Below, in pieces: positions 17,102 to 26,700 of a stretch of DNA of 64,000 nt (its first letter is position 1; every line of letters begins with the position of its first letter). The translations under genes and the position numbers were made by a program. This DNA is from Acidimicrobiia bacterium (lineage in GTDB: Bacteria; Actinomycetota; Acidimicrobiia; IMCC26256; BP-133), in NCBI GenBank assembly GCA_044867425.1, contig JBIOUX010000104.1, positions 211 to 64,210 on the forward strand, given 5' to 3'. The notes under the pieces are model-generated. The model saw nothing but the letters and a program-made list of their open reading frames with translations. It had not been told where the DNA came from and did not search any database.

Positions 17102-18064
17102 CTAGGCGAAGGCCTTGGCCAGCGCCTCACCGGCCTGACGGACATGGTCGAGGTCGGCGTAACCAGGCAGGTTGAAGATGAGCCCGTCGAGGCCGGCGTC
17201 GCGGTGGGCGGCGACCTGTTCTCCGATGGCGTCGGCGTCACCGATGATGGCCGAGGCGAGGAAGGCGGCCGACATCTCGCCCCGCGCCGCGCTGGCCGCC
17301 TCCGCCCGGGCCCGGGCCTCCTCGGCCGTGCGTCCGACGACGAGGGAGGCGAGCTTCGTCTTGGTGATCTCGGCCGGGTCCCGGCCGACGTCGGCGCAGT
17401 GCCCTTCGAGCACGTCGAGCTTGTGCCGGACGGTGTCGAGGTCCCCGAAGATGTTGCAGGCGTCGGCGTACTTGGCCACCAGGCGCAGCGTGCGCCGCTC
17501 CCCCGACCCGCCGATGAGGATGGGGATGCGACCCCGGATGGGCTTGGGGTTGTTGAGGGCGCCGGCGATGGAGTGGCGCCGGCCCGAGTAGGTGGGGGCC
17601 GGCTCGGCCGAGAACATGGCCCGGCAGATCCGGAGGGCGTCCTCCAGCCGCTCGAAGCGCTCCGGCACCGGCGGGAAGTCGTAGCCGTAGGCGCGGTGCT
17701 CGCCCTCGTTCCAGGCGGCTCCGATGCCGAGGATGGCGCGGCCGGCGGACACGACGTCGAGCGTGGTCACGACCTTGGCCAGCAGGGCGGGGTTGCGGTA
17801 GGTGACGCCGGTCACCATCGTGCCGAGGCCGACCCGCTGCGTGCGGGCGGCCAGCCCAGCGAGCAGCGTGTAGCCCTCGAGCATGGGGTCGGTCTCGGGG
17901 CCGACCACCCAGATCTGGTGCAGGTGGTCCATGACCCACACGGAGTCGAAGCCGGACTCCTCGGCGGCGACGACGGTGGCGGCGATGCGTTCGAAGAGCT
18001 GGTCGTCCGGGACGTCGGGAAAGACGAAGCTCGGGATCTGCAGTCCGATGCGGGTGACAGTCAT
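17102..18064 (-). CDS. LLM class F420-dependent oxidoreductase
   Basis: Track ORF 17102..18481, trimmed to MTVTRIGLQIPSF (ATG 18064). Motifs ESGFDSVWVMDHL and GIGAAWNEGEHRAYG. Confidence 0.8.
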   Translation of the reverse strand: MTVTRIGLQIPSFVFPDVPDDQLFERIAATVVAAEESGFDSVWVMDHLHQIWVVGPETDPMLEGYTLLAGLAARTQRVGLGTMVTGVTYRNPALLAKVVTTLDVVSAGRAILGIGAAWNEGEHRAYGYDFPPVPERFERLEDALRICRAMFSAEPAPTYSGRRHSIAGALNNPKPIRGRIPILIGGSGERRTLRLVAKYADACNIFGDLDTVRHKLDVLEGHCADVGRDPAEITKTKLASLVVGRTAEEARARAEAASAARGEMSAAFLASAIIGDADAIGEQVAAHRDAGLDGLIFNLPGYADLDHVRQAGEALAKAFA

Positions 18065-18138
18065 GCGCCCTGCATAGCAGGCGCTCCTGCTCGCCCACGA
18101 CAACCACTTCAGGGGGACCGGCCGCCTTAACATATTCC

Positions 18139-18152
18139 CATATCGACATATG
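18139..18152. promoter_or_regulatory. Inverted repeat CATAT-CGAC-ATATG upstream of the ArsR gene
   Basis: 5-bp arms in an AT-rich stretch, 9 nt before ATG 18161. Plausible autoregulatory operator. Confidence 0.3.
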
Positions 18153-18160
18153 ATGGGTCC

Positions 18161-18502
18161 ATGGCCCGCACCCCGACGACGACCGATGCGTTCAATGCCG
18201 TCGCCGAAGCGAGCCGGCGCCGTCTCCTCGATGCCTTGGGCACCGGAGAGGCAACCGTCGGCGAGCTCGTCGACCGGCTCGGCCTCAGCCAGCCGCAGGT
18301 GTCCAAGCACCTCGGTGTCCTGCGGGCCGTCGGCCTCGTGCTCGTGCGCGTGGACGGACGGCGTCGCTGGTACCGCGTCAACGGGCCGGCGCTCCGGCCC
18401 GTCCACGACTGGGTCCGCACGTTCGAGCGCACCTGGAACGCCCGGCTCGACCGACTCGACGACGTGCTCGCCGAGCTCCAAACCAAGGAGAAAGCAACGT
18501 GA
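18161..18502 (+). CDS. ArsR/SmtB family transcriptional regulator
   Basis: RRRLLDALGTGEATVGELVDRLGLSQPQVSKHLGVLRAVGLV is a winged HTH. Confidence 0.85.
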   Translation: MARTPTTTDAFNAVAEASRRRLLDALGTGEATVGELVDRLGLSQPQVSKHLGVLRAVGLVLVRVDGRRRWYRVNGPALRPVHDWVRTFERTWNARLDRLDDVLAELQTKEKAT

Positions 18503-19008
18503 ACAGCAACCAGACCGTCGGCAACCGCCACGGTTCCGCCGTCATCACCCTGCCGTCGGACACCGGGATCCTCATCACCCGCATCTTCGACGCCCCGGCC
18601 GAGCTGGTCTTCAAGGCCATGACGACGCCGGAGCTGGTCAAGCGCTGGTGGGGCTTCGAGACGTCGGAGTGGCTCGTGTGCGACATCGACCTGCGCGTGG
18701 GCGGCCAGTGGCGCTTCGTCGCCCGCGACGGCGGCATGGAGGTCGGCTTCCACGGCGAGTACCGGGAGATCGCCCGCCCGCATCGCCTGGTGTCGACCGA
18801 GGTATACGAGGGCGCCCCCGACCCCTATCCCAACGACGCGGCGCTCAACACGACGACGCTCGACGAGGCTGGCGGCGTCACGACGATGACGCTCCTCGTC
18901 CAGGTCCCGAGCCAGGAGATCCGGGACGCCATCCTGGCCTCGGGCATGGAGAGCGGCCTGCAGGTCTCCTACAACCGTCTTGAGGACCTGGTCCGGCCGG
19001 CGGCGTAG
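18499..19008 (+). CDS. SRPBCC/AHSA1-domain protein
   Basis: ITRIFDAPAELVFKAMTTPELVKRWWG. GTGA overlap with the ArsR gene. Confidence 0.8.
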   Translation: MNSNQTVGNRHGSAVITLPSDTGILITRIFDAPAELVFKAMTTPELVKRWWGFETSEWLVCDIDLRVGGQWRFVARDGGMEVGFHGEYREIARPHRLVSTEVYEGAPDPYPNDAALNTTTLDEAGGVTTMTLLVQVPSQEIRDAILASGMESGLQVSYNRLEDLVRPAA

Positions 19009-19078
19009 CGATGAACTCGAGGGCGATGCCATCGGGGTCCGACCTACGATCTTTGGGCGACGGTCCGGAGGGACACGG

Positions 19079-19612
19079 ATGAAACAACCGACAGCTCGCC
19101 GGCCCCACATGCCCGGTTATGGAATCGTGGGTCCCCAAGAGGGGTCGGGATTGTTGCCATGGTCCTGGGCGGAAGAGCGCCTCATCGCCTCCCATGACTA
19201 CTGGGTGGCCACGGTGTGGCCCGACCGCCGGCCTCATGTCATGCCGGTGTGGGGGGTCTGGCACGACGCCTACGTGTGGTTCAGCAGCAGCGTCAGCTGT
19301 CGGAAGGCTCTGAACCTGGCGGAGAATCCACACTGCACGGTGACAACCGACAACGCTCTCCAGCCCGTCGTCGTCAACGGAGTCACCGAGCGAGTGACCA
19401 GCGCCGACCACCTCGAGCGCTTCGTCGAGCGCATCAACGACAAGTACGGGACGGACTACACCGTCGACCTCATGGACACCGCGGTCAACGCGTGCTTCCG
19501 TCTCTCCCCAAGCTGGGTGTTCGCCTTGGACGAGTCCGATTTCACCGGCTCACCGACGCGCTGGTCGTTCGAGCCGGAGCAACGCAGAGAACGATCGGAG
19601 CAGGGGCTGTGA
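19079..19612 (+). CDS. Pyridoxamine 5-prime-phosphate oxidase family (likely F420/FMN-binding) protein
   Basis: Track ORF 18980..19612, trimmed to ATG 19079 after GGAGGG. Motif YWVATVWPDRRPHVMPVWGVW. Confidence 0.7.
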   Translation: MKQPTARRPHMPGYGIVGPQEGSGLLPWSWAEERLIASHDYWVATVWPDRRPHVMPVWGVWHDAYVWFSSSVSCRKALNLAENPHCTVTTDNALQPVVVNGVTERVTSADHLERFVERINDKYGTDYTVDLMDTAVNACFRLSPSWVFALDESDFTGSPTRWSFEPEQRRERSEQGL

Positions 19613-19977
19613 TACGAGTCTTCGTCATCGACGACACACCCCAGATGCGCACGATGCTCGAGCAGATGCTGACGCTCGACGACTTCGAGGTGGTCGGCTC
19701 AACGGCCAACGGTGCCGCGGCGCTGAAGGAGATGGACGAAGCCGATCCGGACGTCGTGGTCATCGACTACAAGATGCCGGGGTTGGACGGGCTCACCACC
19801 GCTCGTCTGATCCGGGAGGAACGTCCCGACCAGGCCATCATCCTCTACACCGCCTATCTCGATGACATCCTCGAACGGAAGGCGTCCAAGGCCGGCATCG
19901 CCCTCTGCGTGGGGAAGGTCGAGGGGATCCTGACGCTCGAGCGCGACATCCGGCGCCTCGCCGGAGAAGTCACCTAG
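19609..19977 (+). CDS. Single-domain response regulator (CheY-like receiver)
   Basis: VIRVFVIDDTPQMR...DVVVIDYKMPGLDGLT...ILYTAY. The GTG start forms a GTGA overlap at 19609. In frame with track ORF 19216..19977. Confidence 0.85.
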   Translation: MIRVFVIDDTPQMRTMLEQMLTLDDFEVVGSTANGAAALKEMDEADPDVVVIDYKMPGLDGLTTARLIREERPDQAIILYTAYLDDILERKASKAGIALCVGKVEGILTLERDIRRLAGEVT

Positions 19978-21310
19978 ACCAGGCGAGCACCTGGCGCAGG
20001 GCGCCGACGACATCGATCGTGGTGTGCCGGCCGTCGGCCACGACGACGCGACCGCTGATGACGACGTGGCGGATGTCGGCTGCGGTGGCGGCGAAGATGG
20101 CCACGGCGGCGGCATTGTCGGTCCTGGTGCCAGTCGTGCGCACGGAATCGAGCCCGATGGTCGTCAGGTCTGCGTAGCAGCCGGTGCGGATCCGCCCGGC
20201 GTCCGGGTAGCCGAGGCTGGCGTGGCCGTGCTCGGTCGCCATGCGCAGCAGGGCGACGGCGTCGTGGCTGCCGCGGACCCCTCGAGCGAGCCGCTCGTCC
20301 AGCTCGAGGGCGCGCGCTTCCTCCAGCAGGTCGATCACGGCATGGGAGTCGCTGCCCAGCGTCAGCCGGGATCCGGCGTGGCGCAGCGCCCGCGACGGGC
20401 CGATGCCATCGGCCAGGTCCCGTTCGGTGGTCGGGCAGAAGCAGCACCAGCACGAGGCGGCACCGAGACGGCTCACGTCCTCGTCGGTCAGGTGGGTGGC
20501 GTGCACCGCGGTGAAGCCGCCGGTGAGCACGCCGCAATCGGCCAGCAGCTCGGTGGGCGAGCGCCCGTAGGCGGCGCCGCACTGTTCGTTCTCGGCCGGC
20601 TGCTCGGAGACGTGGGCGTGGAGGGGGACGCCCCGGTCGGCGGCCCACGAGGCGACGATGTCCATGGCCGCCGGATCGACGGCGCGCACGGAGTGGATCG
20701 CCGCCCCGATCCGGACGCCCGCCGGGTCGGCCGGCGAATCGGCCAGGGCCGAGGCCCGGGCGGCCCAGGCCAGCGGATCGGGGTCGGCGAAGCGGCGCTG
20801 GGTGTCGTCCAGTCCGACGCCGATCCCACCGTGGAGGTAGCACGTGTCGAGCAGGGTGATCCGGATCCCGGCGTCGGCGGCGGCGGCGATGAGCGCCGCC
20901 CCCATAGCGTTGGGATCGTCGTAGGGGACCCCACCCGACCCGTGGTGGAGGTAGTGGAACTCCCCCACCGCGCTGATTCCGGCCAGCGCCATCTCGGCGA
21001 ACGTGGCTCGGGCCAGCTGCCGGTAGGAGTCGGGGTCGAGCGACCCGGCCAGCGCGTACATCTGTTCCCGCCACGTCCAGAACGAGCCGGGCCCGGTGTG
21101 GGTGCGGCCCCGCAGAGCCCGGTGGAAGGCGTGGCTGTGGGCGTTGGCCAGGCCGGGGATCGTCAGGCCGGGCAGCCGGATTGCCCCCTCCGGTGGTGGG
21201 CTGACCCCGGGCTCGACGGCCGTGATGCGCTCGCCGTCCACCACGACGAGGACGTCCCGCTCGGCCTCCCCGCCCCCGAGCCAGGCGAATTCGCAGTGGA
21301 AGGCCGTCAT
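19970..21310 (-). CDS. Amidohydrolase, formimidoylglutamate deiminase-like
   Basis: LPGLTIPGLANAHSHAFHRALRGRTH is the metal-binding HxH motif with HutF-like N-terminal context. Confidence 0.7.
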   Translation of the reverse strand: MTAFHCEFAWLGGGEAERDVLVVVDGERITAVEPGVSPPPEGAIRLPGLTIPGLANAHSHAFHRALRGRTHTGPGSFWTWREQMYALAGSLDPDSYRQLARATFAEMALAGISAVGEFHYLHHGSGGVPYDDPNAMGAALIAAAADAGIRITLLDTCYLHGGIGVGLDDTQRRFADPDPLAWAARASALADSPADPAGVRIGAAIHSVRAVDPAAMDIVASWAADRGVPLHAHVSEQPAENEQCGAAYGRSPTELLADCGVLTGGFTAVHATHLTDEDVSRLGAASCWCCFCPTTERDLADGIGPSRALRHAGSRLTLGSDSHAVIDLLEEARALELDERLARGVRGSHDAVALLRMATEHGHASLGYPDAGRIRTGCYADLTTIGLDSVRTTGTRTDNAAAVAIFAATAADIRHVVISGRVVVADGRHTTIDVVGALRQVLAWSR

Positions 21311-21314
21311 GGCG

Positions 21315-21890
21315 CTACGAGCCGACGCGCCGGACGAATTCGGTGATGCGGGCGACGAACTCGTCCCGGTGGTGGCGCTCGAACTGCTCCCAGGTCGTCA
21401 AGGTGGTCGTGTCGACGACGCGGTCGAGGAACAGCCGGCCGTCGAGGTGGTCACATTCGTGCTGGAAGGTGCCGGCGGTGAGCCCCCGCTTGATCTCGTC
21501 GTGCTCCTTCCCGTCCCGGTCGAGCCAGCGCGCCCGGATGTTGACGTGGCGCATGACGTTGCCCCGCAGGTTCGGGACCGACAGGCAACCCTCGCTGATC
21601 TCCACCAGTTCGTCGTCGAGCGGTTCGATCACCGGGTTCACCAGGACGGTCAGGGGGATCGGCGGCTTGTAGGGGTACCGCGGGTTGTGGTCGACCTCGA
21701 CCACCGCCACCCGGACCGGCTCGTGGACCTGGTTGGCGGCGATCCCGGCGCCGTGGGCGTCGCGCATCGTGTCGATCAGGTCGTCGATCAGGCGCGGCAG
21801 CTCGGGCGAGGCCAGCTCGGCGGGCGTGACCTCGCGCGCCCGCTGGCGCAGCACGGGATGACCGACGGTGGCGATCTTGCGGATCGTCAT
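21315..21890 (-). CDS. def: Peptide deformylase
   Basis: All three motifs are present: GAGIAANQV, EGCLSVP and HECDHLDG. The start was trimmed to MTIRKIATVGHPVL. Confidence 0.95.
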   Translation of the reverse strand: MTIRKIATVGHPVLRQRAREVTPAELASPELPRLIDDLIDTMRDAHGAGIAANQVHEPVRVAVVEVDHNPRYPYKPPIPLTVLVNPVIEPLDDELVEISEGCLSVPNLRGNVMRHVNIRARWLDRDGKEHDEIKRGLTAGTFQHECDHLDGRLFLDRVVDTTTLTTWEQFERHHRDEFVARITEFVRRVGS

Positions 21891-21946
21891 CGCTTCCTCA
21901 CCGGCCCGATGATGCCAGATGCCATCGAGCACCTGGAGGTAGGGCC

Positions 21947-22384
21947 ATGATGGAACCCGTGGACGAAGAGACCGGTCCGGTTTACCGGGCGACGACCAGA
22001 AACCGCTCTGTCGCCTCGGTGGTGCTCGTCGCCGCCCTCGGAGCCATGGTGTGGGTGATCACAGGCGGAGGGTCCCCGCTCAAGGTGGTCCTGTTGACCG
22101 GCGGCGCCGCACTCGTCGGCTTCCTGGCGTTCGCCGCCATGCGCTTCCAGGTGCGGGCCGAACCGAGCCACCTCGTCGTCTGCGGCGGTGTGCGCGTCCA
22201 GCGGATTCCGTGGTCGCAGATCAAGAGCTTCAACGTCGGCGGCCCCAAGGGACGCGACGTCTACATCGTGCTGGCCGACAAACGGAAGAAGCGCCTGCCC
22301 CTCGTCGAAGTCACCAACCAGCAGACCTCCCCCGACGAGGTCCGCGACGCGCTGCAGCGCTACTGGCGGGCCCATCGCCGCTGA
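21947..22384 (+). CDS. Membrane protein with bacterial PH-like domain
   Basis: Two N-terminal TM segments, then RIPWSQIKSFNVGGPKGRDVYIVLADKRKKRLPL. Confidence 0.45.
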   Translation: MMEPVDEETGPVYRATTRNRSVASVVLVAALGAMVWVITGGGSPLKVVLLTGGAALVGFLAFAAMRFQVRAEPSHLVVCGGVRVQRIPWSQIKSFNVGGPKGRDVYIVLADKRKKRLPLVEVTNQQTSPDEVRDALQRYWRAHRR

Positions 22385-22576
22385 CCACCGGCGGAGAGGC
22401 GGAAGGTAGGTCAGCGGACGATTCGGACGGATGCTCAGGACAGGAAATCCTCAGTAATTTTGCTGAAATAGTACCGGGCACTGCCTGCTATTGTCCGCCG
22501 CCATCGACCACTGGTAAAGGGTCGCTCCCACCCGGGTTGCCGAGGTCTGGGAGCTTGGCATGAAGGGAGCTCGCCC

Positions 22577-23743
22577 ATGTGGAAACGGCTTGCCGTGCTT
22601 GCCGCCGCCGTGATGCTGCTCACGGCAGCGTGCGGGAATGACGACGACGAGTCCGGCGCGACGGACACGACACAACAATCTGGAAATATCGCTCAAACGT
22701 ACAACTTGAAGGTCGATAACCGGACGGATCAGTTCAACGGCGCGTTCCTGGCCTATTTCCCGAACGAGCTCACCGTACATCCCGGTGACACCCTCGATTT
22801 CGGTTCTATCTTTTCCGGTGAGCCGCACAGCGTCACCTTCGGAACTCTGGTGGATACCGGGCTGGCCGCCGCCGAGGCCGCCGGCCCCGACGCCCAGGAG
22901 GAGCCGGCGGACCTGGCCAAGATCCCGCTGATGATCCCCGAGGGTCCGGGCGACGCCAACCAGACCGCGGCCCAGCCGTGCTTCCTGGCTTCCGGCGACC
23001 CGCCGCCCGAGGGCCCCTGCGCCAAGGTGCCCCAGCCCGACTTCGACGGGCGCCACGCGCTCTACAGCAGCGGATTCCTGGCCGAGGGCGACCACTTCAC
23101 GTTCGACCTGGCCGGCGACCTCGCCCCCGGCACCTACCGGTGGTTCTGCGACCTGCACCGGGCGGGCATGACGGGCACGCTCAAGGTGGTGGCCGCCGGC
23201 GAGACGGCCGACACCCCGGCGGCGGTGACGAAGCGGGGCGAGGACCAGCTCGCCGGGATGGTCAGCGCGCTGGCGCCGGTGGCCGCGCAGATGCAGGCGA
23301 TCAGCGATCCCGCCAAGGCGCAGGCCGGTGGCGCCCTGCCCGACAGCCCCGGCCTCGTCGACGAGTTCGGCCCCAAGGAGATCTCCATCCCGGTGGGCGG
23401 CTCGGTGACCTGGGACGTCCAGGGCCCGCACACCATCACCTTCAACGTGCCCGAGGACGCCCGGACGATCATCAGCAAGGCGCCCGACGGCTCGGTGCAC
23501 CTGAACCCGAAGTCGTTCGGTCCCGCCGGCGGCCCGGGGATGCCCGAGGGCCCGCCGTCGGAAGGGCCGGTGGCGATCGACGCCGGCGCCTGGAACGGCA
23601 CCGGCTTCCACAACTCGGGCCTGCTGCCCGGGTTCGGTCCCCCGGGGTCGCTCGGCTACAAGCTGAAGTTCACCAAGGCCGGCACCTACCAGTACGCCTG
23701 CCTCGTCCACCCCGACATGGAGGGGACGGTCAAGGTCGGGTGA
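22577..23743 (+). CDS. Lipoprotein with two cupredoxin (type-1 copper) domains
   Basis: Signal peptide and lipobox MLLTAAC. Two Cys-His-Met ligand sets: WFCDLHRAGMTGTLKV and YACLVHPDMEGTVKV. Confidence 0.8.
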   Translation: MWKRLAVLAAAVMLLTAACGNDDDESGATDTTQQSGNIAQTYNLKVDNRTDQFNGAFLAYFPNELTVHPGDTLDFGSIFSGEPHSVTFGTLVDTGLAAAEAAGPDAQEEPADLAKIPLMIPEGPGDANQTAAQPCFLASGDPPPEGPCAKVPQPDFDGRHALYSSGFLAEGDHFTFDLAGDLAPGTYRWFCDLHRAGMTGTLKVVAAGETADTPAAVTKRGEDQLAGMVSALAPVAAQMQAISDPAKAQAGGALPDSPGLVDEFGPKEISIPVGGSVTWDVQGPHTITFNVPEDARTIISKAPDGSVHLNPKSFGPAGGPGMPEGPPSEGPVAIDAGAWNGTGFHNSGLLPGFGPPGSLGYKLKFTKAGTYQYACLVHPDMEGTVKVG

Positions 23744-23747
23744 CACG

Positions 23748-26700
23748 GTGATCCGTCGAGGAGGAGCGCTCCTCACCGGAGCGCTTCTCCTCTCGCCGGT
23801 GCTGCCCGCGGCGCCGGTGCCCAACCCCGGGCCGACGGCGGCGGCCGCTCCGGCCCCGGCCGCGTTCCCCCCGTCGGGCGGACGGACCGGCCACGACGTC
23901 TCGGGGCACGAGAACGCCGAAGGCCTCAAGCTGGTGGCCGCCACCGGTGAATCGGTGGTGGCCGGATCGGCCTGTGCCCGGACGGCACCCGTGCGCGGCT
24001 ACGACGTGGCCGCCGTCGCCGTCGACATCACCCTCAACCGCTTCGGCGACCACGACCCGGCCGGGCGGATGTACGTGCTCGAGTCGGCGCTGGCGGCGGT
24101 GCGGGACGAGGAGCGGGCCAACGCCGCTGCCCGGGGCGACGCCAGGGGCGGCGAACCGGCGGTCAGCGCCGGCCTCCAGGGGGACGCCATCCAGCCCCTC
24201 ACGCTGCGCACCCGTCCCGGTGAGTGCCTGCGCATCCGCCTCCGCAACGGCCTGGCCGAGGAACCGGTGTCCCTCCACGTCCACGGCAGCGCCCTGCGGG
24301 TGGCGGGCGGCGCCCCGGCGGTGGACGGCAACCCGGCGGCCATGGCGGGGCCGGGCGCCTCGGTGACCTACGAGTGGCAGGTCCCGGCCGACGAAGCCGA
24401 GGCCACGCACTACTTCCACTCCTCGGGGCCGGCCGAGCGGTCCCTGGCCGCCCACGGGCTGTTCGGGGCCGTGGTGGTGGAGCCTCCCGGGGCCCTCTGG
24501 CTCGACCCCCGGGATCCGGCCCGCCCGGCCAGCGGCTGGGACGCCATCGTGGTGGACCCCGGCGGCCCCACCTTCCGGGAGTACGCCCTCTACTACCACG
24601 AGGTCGGCGACGAGACCTACCAGGTGCAGGACCGCACCGGCGCCTTCGTGCCCCTCGTCGACCCCGTCACCCACGCCTACCGTCCCGACGGGCGGGCGCT
24701 CAACTACCGCAGCGAGCCCTTCCTCAACCGGCTCCAGCTCGGACTGGCCGTGACCGGGCGGGCCGACGAGTCCCTGGAGTACAGCTCCTACGCCTTCGGC
24801 GACCCGCCCACCCCGATCCTGCGGGCCTACCTGGGCGATCCCGTCAAGCAGCGGGTCGTCCACGCCGGCCCGGAGGTGTTCCACGTCCACCACGTCCACG
24901 GCGGCAGCGTGCGGTGGCGGCGCCAGCCCGGGGTCGAGCCTTCCGGGGACACCCCGAACCCCGGGCCCAGTGCCCTCGACTCCGGCCTCGACAAGGCGCC
25001 GCCGCTCGTCCCGGCCCACTCGGAGCGGACCGACTCCCAGACCATCGGGCCCTCCGAGACCTTCGACATCACCGACGAGTGCGGCGCCGGCGGCTGCCAG
25101 GCCAGCGTGGGGGACTTCCTGTATCACTGCCATGTGGCCCACCACTACTTCGCCGGCATGTGGGGGCTGTGGCGGGTCTACAACACCCTCCAGGGCGGCG
25201 CCGCCGCCACCGACACCATGCCCGCCCTGGCCGAGCTGCCCGACCGGGCGGGGCGGACCCGGGCGGCGGTGACGTCGGCGGAGCTGGTGCCACCGGCGGG
25301 TACCGACCTGGCTGCCCTGGTCGAGACCCAGCTGCCGCCTCCCGGGCCCCGGTCCCCCACCGACGCCGCCACCTTCGACTGGGTCCGCGACGGCGCCGTG
25401 TACCGCAACGAGCCCGAGACGGCCGCCGTGTGGCCCAACTACCGCTCGCCCGCGCCGGGCGTGCGGCCGCCCCTTCTCTTCGAACCGGTGACGGGCCGCC
25501 TCGCCTACCCCTTCCTCCGACCCCACCTGGCCACCCGGCCGCCGTTCGCCCCCGGCCACGGCCCCGCCCCCTACCTCGACCCCGTCCGCTCGGGCCACGA
25601 CCCACCCCCGCCCGGAGCCAACGGCGACGGATCCCTGTGCCCGTCGGGCACCACGCCGGTGCCCCTGCCTGTCAACGCCATCAGCCAGCCGGTGCCGCTC
25701 AACACCGCCGGCAACATCGTCGATCGCGACGGGCAGCTCTTCGTCCGGCGCGAGCAGGAGGAGGCCGCCCGGACCGACCCGGCCCTGCAGGTGCCCCTGG
25801 TGGTGCGGGCCCGGGCCGGCCAGGACTGCGTCGACGTGCTGTTGCGCAGCGAGCTGTCCGACACCGGCGACGTCCCCTACTCCAAGGTGGGCCTGCACGT
25901 GCACTTCGTGCAGTTCGACGTGCAGGGCAGCGACGGGGTCGACACCGGGTTCAACTACGAACAGACGGTGCGGCCTTTCCGGGCCGAGGGGACCGAGCTG
26001 GTGGCGGCCGCGCCCGCCGGCGCCACCCGCCTGCGGGTGGCCGACGCCGGGCGCTACCGGCCCGGGGTCCTGGTCGGCGTCGGCCTCGACCGGGACCGCG
26101 AGTTCGAGACCGCCGAGGTGGCGGGCACGGACGGCGACGCCATGGTCTTCACCGCGCCGCTGCGCTTCCCCCACCAGCCGGGCGAGGTGGTGGGCACCGA
26201 GTTCGTCCGCTACCGGTGGTTCCCCGACGCCCAGTTCGGCACCTCGTACTTCCACGACCACGTGAACGCCCTGTCGACGTGGCGCCACGGGCTCTTCGGC
26301 GCCCTGGTGGCCGAGCCCCCGGACTCCACGTGGACCGACCCCCACACCGGCGAGCCCCTGGCCAGCGGGGCCATCGCCGACGTCCACGCCAAAGGCCCGG
26401 TGGGCGTGGACGTGGCGGGCAGCTTCCGGGAGCTGGTGCTCCTCACCCAGGACGACCAGCCCCTCACCCACGTCGGGCGGGCCACGGGTTCGTCCTACAA
26501 CCTGCGGGCCGAGCCCCTCGCCGCCCGGGACGGGCCGCCGGCGCGGCGCTTCTCCAGCACCGACCACGGGGACCCCGCCACCCCGCTCCTGGAGGCCAAC
26601 CTCGGCGACCCCCTGGTGGTGCGCAGCCTGGTGGGGGCGGCCAACGAGATCCACACCACCCACATCGAGGGCCACTGGTTCCGGACCGAGCCGTGGAGCG

